Assembly: GCA_964270895.1 (NCBI GenBank)
Contig: OZ185441.1
Source of the DNA: Podarcis filfolensis
Lineage: Eukaryota
Reading direction: 5' to 3' (one strand)
Length of the DNA stretch: 64,000 nt
Numbering within the stretch: position 1 is the first letter of the stretch; each line of letters begins with the position of its first letter. The translations under genes were made by a program, and so were the position numbers. Below, in pieces: positions 61,989 through 64,000 of the stretch. The notes under the pieces were generated by a model. That model ran no database searches. It saw only the letters and a program-made list of their open reading frames with translations, and was not told the origin of the DNA.

Positions 61989-64000
61989 CTTCCTACATTA
62001 CATGGAGTTGGGTGGTTTGTTCTTTCTGCTCTGGGTCAGATCAATGTGGTCAGCTGTTGTTGGGTTGCATAGTCATTGCCTCTGAAGAATGATAGCTCCC
62101 AGTAAGTTTATGTTTTACGAAAAATCATACGCAAGGAAACAGTAATGCTGTGTAAATAATGGGTTGGGTATGTATTGGGAGGCCTTTTGGCTTGGGTGCT
62201 TCTTCAAGACGCTAAAGGGAGATCACCTTCAACATTTCCTTGGGGGCCTAGCCTCTGATGTATGTCTGTTTGATATTCATCTATGATGGGGTGGAAATGT
62301 AAGACTTATTCCTTTTCCTTATGTGTATGGTGGAATTGAACCTATTCTCTATGTAGCCAAACATGAGTAGGAGTAGGAGTAGGAGTAGCAGAAGAAGAGA
62401 CATTAGAACAGGGCTCTGGTGGCTTCTCATTCAGACTAATTTGGTAGGGGGAAATGGCACTTTCTATGGAAGCAATGGCAGCAGCCTTCCAGGGAAGATG
62501 CTCTTCTATACAAAAGAGACTTCTGGGAAAGAGCCTGAGCATGGATGCCTTTCAGAAGGAGGCCTACACACAGGACCAGCCACCAGGTGTGCACCCCCAA
62601 ATTAGTTTACCTGGAGGCCGCAGCAGGTGGAGGCAAGGATGGGCAGCAGCATGGGGGTGGTGAGGAGAGATGGTGCTCCCTTGCCCTGATGCTGAGAAAT
62701 GCTGTTTTCATTTCCCCTCAGTGCTTCTGGGCCCCAATATAGCACCACTATGTTGAAGTGAGGCCCAGAGGCCCTGAGACCATTGGAGAAGGCTGTTGCC
62801 ACCTGGTTTGGTGCTTCTGTTCCCAATGAAGGGCCCTATGCTTTTTATTTTAAGAAATCAAGGGGGTTGCGGGTATTGTGCTGGGGCCTATGCTTGACAG
62901 AGGACCCAGACTTTGAGCTTTCACTGAAAAAATGTAAGAGCCTAGCCCTTCTAGAAATGAAGTTATCAAGCAAAATGTGTGAGTACCCCTCTAAGTGACT
63001 GAGCCAGCCCAGCTATCCCCACCTTTCAGTGTTTTTAGCAAATGAGTGACGTCAGAGCTGTGGTTGATGAGTAAGTTGTTTGGACACCAAGCTATGGAAT
63101 AACTGGTGTCTTAAAGAGCTGCCATTTCCCTCTTCCATCCAGTGCACTTTTCTGCCCTGCTTGTTTCATTTTCTAGTCCTTGGAATTTCTGTTATTTAGC
63201 CAATCTGTTCTTTCTACACAACAGGATGCATCTTTCCTGTGGTCAGTTGGTCCAAGATCAGATACTCACTATAAGTTATTTTCTGTAAATATTATTACAC
63301 AATAAGTGTGGGTAGACGTTAAAGAATACCCCACCCTATAGCAAGTGCAAAATCTGGAAAGTTTGCAAAGAGGCTTGGGCATTCTGTCATACCAACATTT
63401 CTCCAATGAAAATAGGGACGTCCCATTCCATAATGATAATTTTACTATTTATATCCACACATCTTACTGAGTTGCCCCAGCCACTCTGGGCAGCTTCCAA
63501 CATATATAAAAACACAAAAACCTCCCTTCCCTATACAGGACTGCCTTCAGATAGCTTGCAGGCCGCAGAATATTGAGGGGGCCCAGCCCCCTGCTTAACT
63601 GGAGGGGCTGAGCTCCCCCCTCCATGTTGTCCCTGATCAGGTGGGAGATAGCAGAGGTGCTACGATACTAAGATAATGTGTTCCCTGTTGAATGTCCAGG
63701 AAAACATAGGCAGCCCCATCATAGAGTTCATATCAAAAGTCAATAAGTGAAAAGATAATGCAATATGTTATTGTATGAAAGTGAATATTAACTAGAGATT
63801 TTGCCTGCAATCCAGAAAAGCTACTGTGTAGCGAGGAGAAGGAGGAGTAATAACAACAACAATAGCCAGGTTCTTTCTCACAATGCCTACAAAGCACACC
63901 GGTCAACACCTACATAGGTAAGCTTTTTCCTGACTCTTCCACCAGCTGCACAAAGCTATTGTGCTTTAGGGTTTCTGAGTCCCAAGGTTTTACGTAAAGT

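Noticed and set aside
61672-64000. Gamma-C4, gamma-C5 or constant exons
   Set aside because: No cadherin ORF or QAPPNTDW-type constant exon is visible; they presumably lie beyond the window.
1-64000. CRISPR arrays, rRNA, prokaryotic systems
   Set aside because: This is a vertebrate locus; all repeats are explained by paralogy, transposons or microsatellites.

Overview
Vertebrate genomic DNA covering the 3' part of a clustered protocadherin-gamma (Pcdhg) variable region. The repeats (Sauria SINE, BovB, CR1, Penelope-like relics) point to a squamate, probably a lacertid lizard; this is inference. Nine intact single-exon variable genes lie on the + strand. Each encodes a signal peptide, six cadherin repeats, a TM helix and a variable cytoplasmic segment, and each ends at a phase-0 GT donor that should splice to shared constant exons outside the window. 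Seven are gamma-B-like: three B1-type paralogs (2498, 13843, 31225), three B2-type paralogs (9320, 20269, 37448) and one chimeric exon (45318). One is gamma-A-like (24656) and one is the PCDHGC3 ortholog (59158), which sits in the window's only CpG island. Two gamma-A relics lie at 36090 and 42410-43913. Every intact exon has a CSE/CTCF promoter element 199-284 bp upstream of its ATG, with fixed TGCAG-to-core spacing of 28-29 bp. Five of the eight alternate-exon CSEs contain no CpG. The exons show domain-scale gene-conversion mosaics (EC1/EC4 reshuffling and an EC5-EC6 module transplant), and the first 23 kb is a two-gene tandem duplication. No wholly new gene system is supported. The best leads are the CpG-free CTCF promoters, the domain shuffling, an inverted MITE pair around the C3 exon, and a hammerhead-derived palindrome.
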